This document shows positions 13,263 to 28,900 of a stretch of 64,000 bases of DNA, piece by piece. How positions within the stretch are numbered: position 1 is the stretch's first letter; the number at the start of each line of letters is the position of its first letter. The position numbers and the translations under genes were made by a program. The DNA comes from the human T2T-CHM13v2.0 reference genome, Homo sapiens: assembly GCF_009914755.1 (NCBI RefSeq), contig NC_060947.1. One strand, given 5' to 3'. The notes under the pieces are model-generated. The model worked only from the letters and a program-made list of their open reading frames with translations. It ran no database searches and was not told where the DNA came from.

Positions 13263-14971
13263 AGAAATCATAACTATTATCTGCTATAGCCTAGTACAGG
13301 AATAAGGCTAAAGTGGACAAAGGTTTCTTCCGTAGGTGCTCTCTGCACTCCAGGGAACAAATCTTATGTTTGAACTTATAGTCTATGTTTGAATATACCT
13401 GTCTTACCTGACTTTTCCAAACTTTGCCCAATATACATATATATTTGAAATATATATATTTTGAGAAAGAGAGAGAAAGAATTTATTCTTTCCAATCCTG
13501 TCTACTCTGATGTATGCCACCTGGACTGCCTGATCTAACCACCTAATTACAATCAGGTCTGTTTGTTGATTCCTACATCTATCTCATAGTGACAAAGGTA
13601 ATTTTGATTTTAATTGCTTCCTGCTAAGCTCAAAGATGTGTTTGGTTTGCCTTTCTGACACTGCCAAGCAACAATCATAAGTCCTTACATCCTTTGCTTC
13701 TTACAAGTAGAGGAGAGTGACAAAAGGTAGTAGCAAAGATAACAATATGCTAAGATGGTAGGTACTCCCATAAATACGTTCTTCTCCACTAGGAGAGAAT
13801 CTTTTTACTGAATTCTTAAAAAATGAAATATTCCACTTGGTATTACTCTTCTAACTAGAAGTCTCTAGTAGCTAAGATTATACGTTTATACACAGTAACT
13901 TTTCTTTTAGAATGGCCTTGATATAACTACAATGTTATAGTCTTATACACAAAGTTGTTCGAGCTGTTTTCTGAAGGAATATTCATCCCTTCTGAGATTT
14001 TTAACAGTTTCAGAGGAATTTTCCCTCTTTCTTCTATGGCTAAGCTTTTATTTTAATAGATGTTTTCAGCATATTGTATATTTAGTTATGACTGGCCTAG
14101 TAGTATGTGTCCAAAGTTTGTGCTTTTATATCATCTGGTTGAGATACTGTCACAGTAAGAATGTTTTGTTAGGAATTATCCCATTTCCTTTATCACAAAG
14201 TTTTTGCTACTGACACTTGTAATTTAGAGACTTGGTAGTGTTGGGTAAGTGCCTGGCTGCGAATTTCATTAGACTGGAAAAAGGATATGAGTATGGCAGA
14301 ATTTTTTTTCTCATATGACCTCAAAAAAGATATTAGTTAAGGCCAAGAGAAGACAGAAGATATGATAGAGCCAAGAAGAAAGATGAAGTCAAGTTTTCAG
14401 TTTCTGTCTCTAAAGTGAAGGGGTTAGATTAGATGACCTCTTGGTTCCCTTCCAGAAATGATATTGCATCATCCGAATCCTGGATGATGAGCCAAGATAA
14501 GAAGCCTAGGTCCAGAAAGTGGGTCAGATCTAGGAGGACAATTAGCAGAGACCAGAAACCCAGGCTTGCTGACTGGGAACAAAAATCCTAGACCAAAGTC
14601 AAGGCCACAAAAGGTTGCTATGTAATTATGGGATCCGTGTGATAGGCATAGGGATCAGCAGCAAGAGAGAAGCCTGGTACTGTGCCAAACTCCTTTACAG
14701 GCAGGAGCTTTCCACAGGTTTCCTGCCCAGAGTAACTCAGAATAGTTTTCAACATGTGTGCAAGGCTTGAACCTATAGAGACAAAAATAGGAGTGACTGA
14801 AGTAATGGACTAGGGGAGCAGGGAAAAAAATACTTCTAGATAATGACCATCAGAGCAATTATTTTTGTCAGGAGTTGAGGAGGAGATCAAAAGGAACACT
14901 CCTAGTTCCGATAAGTGGCAAAGGAAGACCTTGAATTCAGATCTGACTCTAATGTCAGTGCTCTTAACTAT

Positions 14972-15378
14972 TGTATTAGTTTCCTGTGGCTGCCATAACA
15001 AATTACCACAAATTGGGTTACATAAAACAGCAGCTATCTATTCTCTCACGGTTCTGGAGGCCAGAAGTTTTAAATCAAGGTGTCAGCAGGGTCACGCTCC
15101 CTCCAGAGGCTCTAGGGGAAAATCCATTCCTTACCTCTTCCAACTTCTGATGGCTTCGGTATTTCTTGGCTTGTAGCCACACCACTGTGATCTCTGCCTC
15201 CCTTTTCACATCATCTTCTCCTCTGTGTGTCTATGTCTCCTCTTCTGCCTGTATCTTAACAGATAAGCAAGATCTTTATTTAACTTAATCACATATTTTG
15301 TCACATAAGTAATGTTCACAGATCCCAGGAATTAGAGCATGGACATATCTTTTTGAGGACCACCATTCAGCCTACTAT
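14972..15378 (-). mobile_element. MLT1A/B/C-type solo LTR
   Basis: tgtattagtttcctgtggctgccataacaaattaccacaaa...caccattcagcctacta. Confidence 0.8.
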
Positions 15379-15659
15379 TATTCCTATGATAAAATTTTTT
15401 TCTATTCAGCTTCTTTCATTCTGAGACATTGACATTTTAGCAGGCACTATTAATTTCATCACAAATATCCCTTTAATCTTTACTAACAGAATTCAAATTT
15501 TGTTTGAAATATCTAAGCTTGTTCCTTTTTTACAGACTCCATTGCCACTAGTTCTGGTCAATGAGATTGAAGGGGAAGTGTGATAGTGAGAGGATTTCAG
15601 GAAAGTTTTTGCCTTTCTGATAAGAGGAGATGGACTTACCCTTTAAGTCCCTGGTCCTT

Positions 15660-16390
15660 CCACTATATTCAGCAATTCCACTCCTGAGTATATATCAAAA
15701 AAAAAAAAAAAAAAAAAAAGAGGAAAACTTACATTCCCACAAAAACCTGCACTGTATACAAATAGAAGATTTCTTTGTAACAGCCAAAAACTGGAAAGGA
15801 GACACTTTTCCTTCAACTAGTGAATGAATAAACAAACCATGAAACATCCATACAATGTAACACTGCTCAACAATAAAAAGAATGAGCTATACATACATAC
15901 AACAACCTGAATGGATCCCCAAAGATTATGCTAAGTGAAAAAAAGACAATCCCCAAAGGTTCCATACTGTAACTCCATTTTTATAATACTTTGAAATGAC
16001 TAAATTTTAGACAAAGAGGACAGATTAGTGGTTGTCAGAGATTGAGTTAGGGGGGTGGGAGAAAAGTAGGTGTGGTTACAAAAGGACAACAAAACGGTTC
16101 CTTGCAGTGATGAAATTGTTCTGTATCTTGACTGTGGTAGTGGATACATGAACTTACACATATAACATTTTATAGAACAAATACACACACACAACTACAG
16201 ATAAAACTAGGGAAATTGGAATAACATGGGTGAATTGTGTCAATGTCAATCTTACTGTAATACTGAATTAAAGTTCTACAAGATGTTCCATTGGGGGAAA
16301 CCGGGTAAATGGTACATGGAATATTTCTGTATCATGTCTTTCAACTGCATGTGAATCCACACTATCCCAGTAAAAATTCAACAAAAATTA
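15660..16390 (+). mobile_element. Old L1M (MC/MD-type) 3' end
   Basis: cagcaattccactcctgagtata...attatgctaagtgaaaaaaga...gttctgtatcttgactgtggtagtggatacatg. Confidence 0.75.
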
Positions 16391-16869
16391 AATGTCAAGA
16401 TGATGATATATTTATGGAGTACTAAGGAATACAACAGGAGGAAGTCCCTAAATTTTCCTTAAATATGCAAAGGCAGAAAGACTGCATGGAAGAGATACTT
16501 AAGCTAAGTCGTGAAGAATGAGTAGAAGCATTCTGGATAGATGGGGGATGGATGGGAGATAAACCAGGAAGAGGGATCAGCAGGCAAAGAGATATAAGAG
16601 AACATGGTGTACTGAGGGAACTTCAAGTAATTCAAGTATGGCTGAAGCACAAAGTTCATATGCAAGAAATATCTCTTTTTCTCTGACGTTCTCCTTTAGT
16701 GGTAGTCAAAAGAGATTTCTGGCATTCAACCCTATGATACACAGGAATCAAAAAGGAATCCAGAGCCCCTTGTGCTCCAGGAATTAGGAGGGAGCTATCC
16801 CCTGTTCCCTGGTCTTGATCTTTTTATTACATGAATGAAGAACTGGCCTCATAGCTTTCTGCATTCCTT

Positions 16870-19800
16870 GCAGGACCCTCATCTCTCTCTCCCCCAACCC
16901 CCACACTCATAGTCTCACAACCATTACCTGCTTTGATATTACTAGAATTATATAATTATGTCCTTTATCTCTGTTTACTTCAGTCAACTAAAGAAGTCCA
17001 GAAATCCCAAATCCCTACACTTTATTCCCCATGCAACTCTGCACATTATTTTTTGACCCTATTTCCCACCCTTCCCCATTTCCTGAAACTCTCCTGCAGT
17101 GTCTACTAGAACTTACAGTCCATCACCAGAAAAAATATTTATATCCTTAACCTCTTTTCCAAATATTCCTTTCACCTACTTGCTCTAAGAACTCTAGCTT
17201 TCCAATGAAGACACTGCTTCCCCTAAAGCCCAAATGGCAACTGCTTTCTTTCCCGTATTCCTCAAATCAATGGTCCTAAAGTTGGGTTAGATGTCCTATT
17301 TGCACCTCATTACCACTTCCAGGCCATTATCCTTCTGTCTTCCTTAAACGCCCCCTAGCTTTGAATTTCAAGTCATTCAGTCATTTAGTTGTTCATTCAT
17401 AAAGCAATCATGTACTGAACACTCTACTATATGCCAGTTATTATTCTAAGGGTTAGGGATACAATGATAAAACTGGACAAAATTCCCTGTCCACATGGAG
17501 CTTATATTTTACTGTTCCTTCTTATTGAGTTATACTACTCATTACTTGAGGAGTTTAGGTTCTGGCCTAGTGACTGTCATAATACTTGGTGATCAATATA
17601 TATTAATAAATGTTCAGATTTATTGGGTTCTCATTTCCTTGATCTCCTCTCTTCCAGAGAGCTATCCACCACTTTTCCTCAGCCACTCTTATATTCATTC
17701 CCTGTCTATAATCTCAATTTTAAACATTCCACTATCTAATCAGCAACTTTCATCTCTCCAGCACACTCCTTTTAGCACCCTGGCTTTTATAATTCTTCAA
17801 CCTTTATAAGATATGCATTCTTTGGACCCTATCAGCTTTTTACAGTAACTTATCATTCTCATGTCCACTTTCCCCTCTACCTACTGCAGATTCCATAATC
17901 ACTCCCTTGTATATGTCCTGAATATTCTTGCCTTTTTCTTGCTTGAGTTCAGCTGCCAAAACCAAAGCCTGCTTAAAGCCAGTCCTTTCCCTACTTTAAC
18001 CTACCTCCATACAGGTGAAGGTGATTTTTAAAAAGCATACAACCACACTTATTGGTCTTAGTTAAATTCTTGACCACGAACCTCATCTGTGCTCTTATTG
18101 CTACCTAGCAATCATACTGAATCTCTCTAGTCCAATCATGTTGCCTCTCATTTAGATGTCTATTTCACACCTTCTCTTCCTAAAATCTCTAATATTTCCT
18201 ATCTCTCTTCATTCTACCTGATACCCTTACTTACTACTTCACTGAGAAAATTAAAGCAATCCAAACAAAACTTTGAACTGCACAAAAGTATAACTTAAAA
18301 GAAGAGAGGAAATGCTTCTCTTTTTACAAATATTCCTGCTAATTCCAGAAACACCCAATCAATTAATAGATCTAAACAAAAATTATCAATGGCTGCTAAC
18401 ATCCCAACAAGGGAAACAACTGGACATTATGTGCCTCTTGATAGAAGTATACACCACCATTTATAAAGTATTCTTGCAAACGTTATATCCAGATCTCATC
18501 AAACCTCAGGACAAATGGTTCGGTTTTATCAAGAAATAAACTGGGTAATGTAGATGAAAAGAGCATCTATAGATTAAAAGTGACATAAGAGACACATCAA
18601 TCAATCACAATACATGGTCTTTATGTGGGCCACAATTCAAACAAACATAAAAAGACAACTGGGGAATTTGGAACATGGTCTGGACATATAATAATATTAA
18701 GGAATTATTGTTAATATTTTAGGTATGGTGATGTGGTTATATTTTTTAAAGCACCATCTTTTAGAGGCATATAATAAAATACTTAGAGTTGTAATAATAT
18801 GATACATGGGATTTACTTCAAAATAATCTGGGGAGGGGAAAGAGTGTAGAGGGGGCTATAGAACAAAATATAGGTCATGAACAGATAATTGTTAAAGTTG
18901 GGTGATGAGAGCATGGACGTTCATTAATCTATTAGGTTCATTAATCTATTCTCTACTTTCATAAATTTTTGGAACTTCCATAATGATGAATTTCTTAAAG
19001 GAGAGATTTTCTACAAGCATCAGAAGATAACTTCCAACTGACCTAACTGCAAGAATGCACACATATCCTGCCTCTGCTCTTGTCATTATCCATACTCCTA
19101 AGTAAGGCAGACTCCTTCATTTGTGTACTAGAACACATACCTTCTCCCTATTCAAAGATGTCATTCCAGTAATTCTTTTCTTATCTGCCCTATTAATTTC
19201 CCCTTCTCTACTGGATCAGTTCCAATCAGCATAGAAATGTGCTATAATTTCTCACATTTAAAAAAAATGTCTATTGATGTCCCTGTAGCCCCCTCTAGCT
19301 ATTGCCCAATTTCTCTGCCTCCTTTAGAAGAAAATCCCTCAAAGGAGTTTTCTTGATTTCTAGTTTCCAATTCCATTCATCCCATTCTTTATAGAACTCA
19401 TTACAACTAGGCTTTCACACCTACCACTCCACTGAAATTGCTCTTGTCAAGGTCACCAATGACCTCAATGTTGCAAAATCCAATGGTCAATTCTCAGTCC
19501 CCATCTTCTTTGAACTATCAGTACATTCCATGCAACTGGTCACTTCTTTAGGCTTCCAAAACATCATACTCTCCTAGTTTTCCTCCTGCCTTGTTGTTCT
19601 CTTCTTCTCAGTGTTATTTGCTGGTTTATTCTCATTTTTATGATTTCTAACAATTCTCCAGAGTTCAGTCCTTCTCTTCTAAATATACACTCTTTCTTGA
19701 TGATCTCCAAATTTTGTATTTCAATCCTGGACTTCTCCCCTGAAATCCAACTCAACTTGAATATTTAACAAACATCGTGAACTTAGATCCACAGCTGAAC

Positions 19801-19945
19801 TCACTAAAAATTTGCTCCACTTTTATAGACTTCCCCATTTCAGATGGCAGCAACTCCATCCTTCCTCTTGCTCAGGCTGAAAACTTTGGAGTCATCTTTG
19901 ACTTTTCTCTTTATCTCTACTCCACATCCAATCTACCAGTGAAAT
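16870..19945 (+). mobile_element. Long L2 ORF2 remnant with nested elements
   Basis: Pyrimidine-rich L2 body (ccactccactgaaattgctcttgtcaaggtcaccaatgacctc...aaatccaatggtcaattctcagtc). A nested L2 tail lies at ~17375-17510. Confidence 0.7.
18290..19000 (+). mobile_element. Old L1M (ME/MC) 3' UTR nested in the L2
   Basis: atctatagattaaaagtgacataagagacacatcaa...ttaaggaattattgttaatattttaggt...gggatttacttcaaaataatc. Confidence 0.6.
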
Positions 19946-19989
19946 GCTAAATAGAATTTTTCAAGTCACAATGAAAAGGCACTAAACTG

Positions 19990-22900
19990 AAACAGGAAAG
20001 ACACTGGATCATTAATAAACTACTCCCAGCAAAGAGAAGTCCAGGACCAAATGCCTTCACTGGTGAATTCTACCAAACATCTAAAAAAAGAATTAACACC
20101 AATCCTTCTCATACTTTCAAAAAACAGAAGAGGAGGAAATACTTCCAAATTCATGTTATGAGGCTAGCATTACCCTGATACCAGAGACATACAAAGATAC
20201 TCTGAGAAAAGAAAACTGAAGAGCAATTAATCCTTGATTAACAAAGAGGCAAAAATTCTCAACAAAATACTAGCAAACCAAATTCAATAGCATATTAAAA
20301 GTATCATACACCACAACTAAGTGGGATTCATCCCTCATATGCAAGGATGGTTAATATATGCAAATCTCTTAATGTAATATAACACATTAACATAAGTATA
20401 AAAACCACATTATAATCTCAATAGAAGCAGGAAAAGCATTTGACAGAATTCAACACCCATTCAGAATTTAAAAAAAAAAGTCTCAACAGATCAGTTATAG
20501 AAGAAATTTACCTTGACATAATCTCATATCTAGAAAACTGTAAAGACTCCACAAAACAATTGTTTGAACTAATAAACTGATTCAGTAAAGTTGTGGGATA
20601 CAGATTTAACATACAAAAACTGTTGTGTTTATATACAGTAACAATGAACTATTAGAAAAGGAAATAATTCCAATTACAATAGCGTCTAAAAGAATAAAAT
20701 ACTTGAATACAAACTTAAAGTAGGCGAAAGACTTCTAAACTGAAAACTTCAAAACACTGATGAAAAAATTAAAGACACAAATATATAGAAAGGCATCCTA
20801 TGTTCATGAGTTGGAAAACTTAATATTGTTAAAATGTTCATACTACCCAAAGAGATCTATGGATTCAATGCAATCCCTATCAAAATCCCAATGACATTTT
20901 TTACACAAATAAAAAATACAATCCTAAATTCATATGGAACCACAAAAAGAACCCAAAAAGCCAAAGCAATCTTGAGAAACAACAAAGCTGGAGGCATCAC
21001 ATTTCCTGATTTCAATATATATTACAAAGCTATAGTAATAAAAACAATATGCACTGGCATAAAATCAGACATATAGACCAATGGAACAGAATAGATATCG
21101 TAGAAATAAAACCATGCATATACAACCAATTGATCTTCAATAAGGATGCCAAGAATACACAATGAGAACATGATAATCTCTTCAAGAAGAAGTGTTGGGA
21201 AAACTAGATATACACATGCAAAATAATGAAATTGGTCATTTCTTTATTTTATGTCATACACAAAAATCAACTATAAATGAATTAAATATTTAAACATAAG
21301 ACCTAAAACTGTAAAATGCCTATGAGAAAAGCTTTATGATATTTGTCTTGGCATTTATTTCTTGGATATGAGACAAAAAGCAGAAGCAACAACAAAAACC
21401 AAGATAGACAAGTGGGACTACATCAAACTAAAAAGCTTCTACACAGCAAAGGAAACAGTCCACAGAGTGAAATGACAAACTATGGAATGAGAGAAAATAT
21501 TTCTAAATCTGATAAGGGTTTAATATCCAAAATACATAACAAACTCTTACAAATAAAAAGCAAACAAAACAAAGCAAAAGAACCAAATAACCCAATTAAA
21601 AAATAGGCAAAAGAGTTGAATAGACATTTCTCCACAGAGGACATACATATGGCCAATAAATATATGAAATGATGCTCAATATCCTTAGTTATCAGGAAAT
21701 GCATATCAAAACCACAGTAAGAAGTAACATCACATCTGTTAGAATGGCTATTATTAAAAAATAAAAACACAACAAATGTTGGCAAGTCTTGTACATTGCT
21801 GGTGGGAATGTATATTGGTATGGCCATTATGGAAAAAGTATGGAAGTTCCTTTAAAAACTAAAAATAGAGCTACCATATGATGCAGCAACCCCACTTCTG
21901 GGTATATATCCAAAAGAATTGAAATAAGGATCTGAAAGAGATACCTGCACTCCCATGTTCACTGAAACATTATTCATAGTAGCCAAGAGATGGAAACAAG
22001 CTAAATTTATACCCACAAATGAACGGATAAAGAAAATGTGGTATATGCATACAAAAGAATACTATTCAACCTTGAATATAAAGGACATCCTGCCACTTGG
22101 ATTAATATGGATGAAGCTGGAGGACATTATGCTAAAAGGAATAAACTAGTCACAGAAGGATAAATTTTGCATGATTCCACTTAAAGGCAGTATCTAAAAT
22201 ACTCAAACTCAGTGGGAGGTGGAATAAGATGGCCAAATAGAAGATTCCAGTAATCATCCTCCCTGTGGGAACACCAAATTGAACAACTATCCACACAAAA
22301 AGCTACCTTCATTAGAACCAAAAAATCAGGTAAGGGATCACAGTACTAGATTTAACTTCATATCACTGAAAGAGGCACTGAAGAAGGTAGGAAAAACAGT
22401 CTTCAATTCCCAATGCCACCACTCCTCCATGCCAGGGCAGTGGCAGAGTGGTGCAAAGAGAGAACTTGTGTGCTTGGGGGAGGCAGAGTGCAAGGACTGT
22501 GAGACTTTGCATTAGAACTCAGTGCTCTCCTGCCACAGTGAAAAGCGACATGGGGCAGAACTCAGCTGGTGCCCACAGAGGGAATATTTAGACCAGCTCT
22601 AGCCAGAAGGCCATCCCAGTACTTGGAACCTGGGTTCCAGAAAGCCTTGCCACTGTGGGCTAAAGTGCTCTGGGGATCTAAATAAACTTGAAAGGCAGTC
22701 TAGGTCATAAGGACTGCAATTCCTATGCAAGTACTCCTGCTGTGCTGGGCTCAGAGTTAGTGGACTTGGGGGACATGCAACCTAATGAGACACTAGCTGG
22801 GGCAGCCAAGGGAGTGCTTGCACCACCACTCCCTCAACTCCAGGCACACAGCTCACAGCTCTGAAAGAAACTCCTTTCTTCTGCTTGAAGAGAGGAGAGG

Positions 22901-25900
22901 AAGAGTAAAGAAGACGTTGTCTTGCAACTTGGATACCAGCTCACCCACCTTAGGAGAGAGCACTGAGCCAAGTTGTGAGGCCCCATTACAAGCCCTGGCT
23001 CCCAGACAAAAATCTAGACACAACCTGGGCCAGAACAGAACCCACAAGCTTAAAGGGAAGAACCCAGTCCTGGCAAGATGAATCATCTGCTGAATAAACA
23101 GCGCTTGGGTCCTGAATGGTGCCCAGGCAACACTCAGTGTGGGTTTTGGGTGATACTCAGAGATGTGCTGGCTTAAGGTGGCGAGTGCTGGCTTAATCCA
23201 GCACATTCCCAGCTGGTGTGGCTATGGAGAGAGATTTGTTTTGTTTGAGAAAAGAAGAGGAATGTGTAAAGGGGACTTTGCCTCACAGCATGGCTACCAG
23301 TTCAGCCACAGTGAACAAGAGCACCAAGTAAGCTCTTGGGATCCCTGAATCCAGGCCTTGGCTCTTGGATGTCATTTCTAGACTTATATTGGGCTAGAGA
23401 AAAGCCCACTATCCTGTAGGGAGAGTCCCAGGCCTGGCAGCATTCACCACAACAGGCTGAATAGCCCTTGGGCCTTGAGCGAACATTGGTGGTGTCTAGG
23501 CAGTACTCGCCATGGCTCTGGGATGTTGGTGGCCACAGGAAGCAACTCCTTTGCCTGTGAAAAGAAAAGGGAAAAGTGTATATGACTTTGACTTGTGGCT
23601 TGGGTCCCAGCTCAGCCACACTAGAATAGAGCACCAGGTACATTTCTAAGGTTTCTAACTCCAGGGCCTGGCTCCTGGATGACATCTCTGGACCTGCCTG
23701 TGGACAGGGGAAACTTGCCATCCTGAAGGGAAAAACACAAACCTGGCTGGCTTCACAACATCCAGATTGTAGAGCCGTAGGGCCTTGAGTAAATATAGGC
23801 AGTAATCAGGTAGTGGTTACCGCAGGCCTTAAGTGAGACCCCCTTAACCTATTGGCTTTAGGTTTGATCCAGCACAGTGTCAGTGGTGGTGGCCACAGGG
23901 TTGCTTGTGTCAGCCTTCCCTCAGCTCCAGGCAGCTCAGCACAGAGAGACAGATTCCATTTATTTGGGAGAAAGTAAGGGAAGAGAAAAAGAGTCTCTGC
24001 TGGTAATCCAGAGAATTCTTCCAGATCTTAACCAAGACAACCAAGTCAGTAGAACCACAGTGTTAGTGGTCTTGGGGTGTCTCCTAATGAAGATATGGCT
24101 GCAGTGAACAAAAACTTAGAACACTGAAGTCCCTTCAAATACCCGGAAAGCCTTCCAAGAAGAAAGGCTCCAAACAAGCCCAGACTGTGAAGATTACAAG
24201 AAATACTTAACTCTTCAGTGACCACACACCAATGAACATTCACAAACATCCACCTAGGAAAACATGACCTCACCAAACAAACTAAATAAGGCATGAGTGA
24301 CCAATTCCTGAGTGACAGAGGTATGTGACCTTTCAGACAGATAATTCAAAATAGCTGTGTTGAGGAAACCCAAAGAAATTGAAGATAACACAAAGAAGGA
24401 ATTTGGAATCCTATCAGATAAATTTAACAAAGAGGTTGAAATAATTAAAAAGAACGAAGCAGAAGCTCTGGAATCCAAAAATGTGATGGACATACAGAAG
24501 AATGCATCAGTCTCTTAACTGCATAATTGATCAAACAGAGAAAAGAATTATTGAGCTTTGAGATAGATTATTTGAAAATACACGGTGAGAAGAGACAAAA
24601 ACAAAAAGAATAAAATGAATAAAACATGCATACAAGATCTAGAAAATAGCCTCAATAAGGGCAAATCTAAGAATTATTGGTCTTAAAGAGGAGGCAGAAA
24701 GATAGAGATCAGGATAGACAGCTTGTTCAAAGGGATAATAACAGAGAATGTCCCAAACCTAGAGAAAGATGGCAATATTCAAGTACGAGGAGGTTATAAA
24801 ACACCAAGCAAATGTAACCTAAATGAGACTACCTTAAGATATCTAATAATCAAATTTCCAAAGGTCACAGATAAAGAAAGGATACTAAACACAGCAAGAT
24901 AAAAGAAATGAACATGCAAAAACACTCCAATACATCTGTCAGAAGACTTTTCAGTGGAAACTTTACAGGCCAGGAGAGAGTGGCATGACATATTTAAAGT
25001 GCTGAAGGAAAAAAAAAACTTTTACCCTGGAATAGCATACCCAGTGATATTATACTTTGAACATGAAAGAAAAATAAAGACTTTCCAGACCAACAAAAGC
25101 TGAGGGATTTCAGCAATGCCAGGTCTGTCCTACAAGAAATGCTAAAAGGAGTTCATCAGTCTGAAAGAAAAGAGTGTTAATGAGTAATAAGAAATCACCT
25201 GAAGGTACAAAATTCACTGGTAGTGGTAAATACACAGAAAAGCACAGAATATCATAGCACTGTAATTATGAATGTGTAAACTACTCATATCTTAAATAGA
25301 AAGACTAAAAGATAAATTGATCAAAAATAATAACTACAACTTTTCAACACATAAGACAGTACATTAGGACATAAATAGAAATGACAAAAAGTTAAAATGG
25401 GGACACAAAGCTAAAGTGTAGTTTTCATTAGTTTTCTTTTTTGCTTATTAGTTTGTTTATGCAATTAGTATTAGGCTGCCTTCAGTTTAAAGTAATGGAT
25501 TACAAGATATTCTTTGTAAGCCTCATGTTAACCTCAAATCAAAAAACATACTACAGATTTACAAAAAATAAAAAGCAAGAAACTAAATCATGCTACCACA
25601 GGCAATCACTTCCACTACAAGGAATACAGGAAGGGAGGAAAGAAGGACGAGAAGACCACAAAACAACCAGAAAACAAAAAACAAAATGGCAGGAGTAAAT
25701 CCTTACATATCAATAATGACACTGAATGTAAATGGACTTAACTCTCTAATCAAAAGACATAGAATGGCTGAATGGTTTTAAAAAAAACAATAACAAGACC
25801 CAACAATCTGCTGCTTATAAGAATCAAACTGCACCCATAAAGACACACATAGACTGAAAATAAAGGGATGAAAAAATATGTTCCATGCAAATAGAAACCG

Positions 25901-28900
25901 AAAAAGAGCAAGAGTAAGTATACTTATTTGAGACAAAATAGATTTTAAGACAAAAACTATAAAAAGAAACAAAGAACGTTTCTTAATGATAAAAGTGTCA
26001 ATTCAGAAAGAGGTTATAACAATTATATGTGCAACCAACACTACAGCACCCAGATACATAAAGCAAATATTATTATTGCTAAGAGAGAGATACACCCCAA
26101 TAAAATAATAGATGGAGACCTCCCATTTTAGCATGAGACAGATCATCCGTACAAAAAATCAACAAAGAAACATTGTACTTAATCTGCACTATAGACCAAA
26201 TGAACCTAATAGATATTTACAGAACACTTCATCCAAAAGCTACAGAAGACACATTCTTCTCCTTAGCACATGAATTATTCTCCAAGATAGGACAATATAA
26301 GTCTTAAGAAATTCAAAAAAAAATTATATCAAGTATCTTTTCTGACCACAATAGAATAAAACTAGAAATTAATTACAAAAAGAATTTTGGAAACTATACA
26401 AACACACAGAAATGAAACAACATGCTTCTGAATGATCAGTGGGGCAACAAAGAAATGCAGAAGGAAACTGAAAAATTTATTGAAACAAATGAAAATGGAA
26501 ACACGATATACCAAAATCTGTGAGATATAGCCAAAGCAGTACTAAAAGGAAATTGTATAGCTATAAGCACCTACATCAAAAAAGTAGAAAAACTTTAAAT
26601 AAACAACCTAATGATGCATCTTAAAGAACTACTAAAGCAAAAACAAACCAAACCTGAAAATAGTAGAAAAAATAATAATAAAGATCAGAGCAGAAATAAG
26701 TGAAATTTAAACAAAAATGCAATAAAAAGATTGATGAAATAAAAAGTTGGTTTTTAAAACAGATTTTAAAAATAGACCAACTTTTAACCAGACTAATCAA
26801 GATAAAAAGAGAGAAGACACAAGTAAATAAAATTATAGAGATGAAAAAGAAGACATCACTACTAATTCCACAGAAATTAAAATAATCATTAGAGACTACT
26901 ATGGGCAACCATATACCAATAAACTGGAAAACCTAGAAGAAATTGATAAATTCCTACACATGTACAACCTACGAAGATTGAACCATGAAGAAATTCAAAA
27001 GCTGAACAAACCAATAACAAGTAACGAGACTCAAGCTGTAATAAAGTCTCCAGTAACAAAAATCCTGGGACCCGATGGCTTCACTGCTGAACTTTACCAA
27101 ACATTTAAAGAATTAATACCAATCCTATTCAAGCTATTCTGAAAAATAGAGGAAGAGGAGGGAATGAATACTTCTGAACTCATTCTATGAAACCAGTATT
27201 ACCATGATGCAAAAACCAAAGACATATCAAAAAAGTAAGGGTACAAGTTAATAAGTTAATATTCCTAATGAAAATTGATGCAAAAATCCTCAAAATTCTA
27301 GTAAACTGAATTCAACAACACATTAAAAATATTATTCTTCATGAACCAAGTGAGGTTATCCCAGAATGTAATTATGGTTCAACATATAAAAATCAATCGA
27401 TGTGATACATCATACTAACAGAATGTAGGACAAAAAACATATGATCATTTCAATTGATGCTGAACAGGCATTTGATAAAGTTCAACAATCCTTCATGATA
27501 AAAACCCTCAAAAAACTGGTAATAGAAGGAATGTGCCACAACACAGTAAAAGTCACACATGACAGACTCACAGCTAGTATCATAATGAATGGGGAAATAC
27601 TGAAAGCCTTTCCTTTAAGATATGGAACATGACAAGGATGCCCACTTTCATGAGTATCATTCAACATAGTACTGGAAGTCCTACTTAGACCAATCAGACA
27701 AAATAAATAAAGGGCATCTGAATTTAAAAGGAAGAAGTCAAATTATCCTTGTTTGCAGATGCTATGATCTTATATTTGGAAAACTATAAGAACTGGTAAA
27801 CAAATTCAGTAACATTACGGGATACGAAATCAGTAGCATTTCTATATGCCAACAGTGAACAATCTGAAAAAGAAATTTTTTAAAATCCCGTTTAAAATAT
27901 CCACACATAAAATTAAGTACCTAGGAATTAATGAACTAAATTAAAGGTCTCTATAATTAAAACTATAAAACACTGATGAAATAGATTGAATAGGACAAAA
28001 CAATGAAAAGATAATCCATGCTTGTTAGGATTGCTACAAGCAGCAATCCTAAAATTTATACAGAACCACAAAAGATGCAGAATAGCTAAAGCCATCTTAA
28101 GCAAAAAGAACAAAACTGGAGGAATCACATTACCTGACTTCAAATTATACTACAGAGCTACAGTAAACAAAGCAGCATGGTCTTGGCATTAAAATAGACA
28201 CATAAATTAATGGAACAGAATAGAGAACCAATTCTGAATGAATATCCAGAAACAAATCCACACACCTACACTGAATTCATTTTCAACAAAGGTGCCAAGA
28301 ACATACACTGGAGTAAAGACAGTCTCTTCAATAAATGGTGCTGGGAAAACTGGATTTGTATATGCAGAGAATGAAACTAGATCCCTATTCCTCACCATAT
28401 ACAAAAAGCAAATCCAAATAGATTAACTACTCAAATATAAGACTTCAAGCTAATAAACTACTAATAGAAAACATTGGGGGAAACTCTCCAGTACATTTAT
28501 CTGGGCAAAGATTTCTTAAGTAATACCCCAGAAGCACAGGACCAAAGAAAAAATGGACAAATAGGATCATATCAAGTTAAACAGCTTATGCACAGCAAAG
28601 GAAATAATCAACAAAGTGTACAGACAATTCACAAAATGGGAGAATATATTTGCAAACTACCCATCTGACAAGGGATTAATAACCAGAATATATACAGAGC
28701 TCAAACAATAGGAAAAAAATCTAGTAATTCAATTTAAAAATGGGTCAAATATCTGAGTAGACATTTCTCAATAGAAGGCATACAAATTGCAAACAGGTGT
28801 ATAAAAACATGCTCAACATAATTGATAATCAGAGAAATGCAAATAAAAACTATAGTGAGGTATTATCTCACCCCAGAAAAAATGGATTTTATCCAAAAGA

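Noticed and set aside
22880-23830. Repeated ~300-bp units resembling an array
   Set aside because: Internal repeats of the L1MA 5'UTR; not CRISPR-like or a novel satellite.
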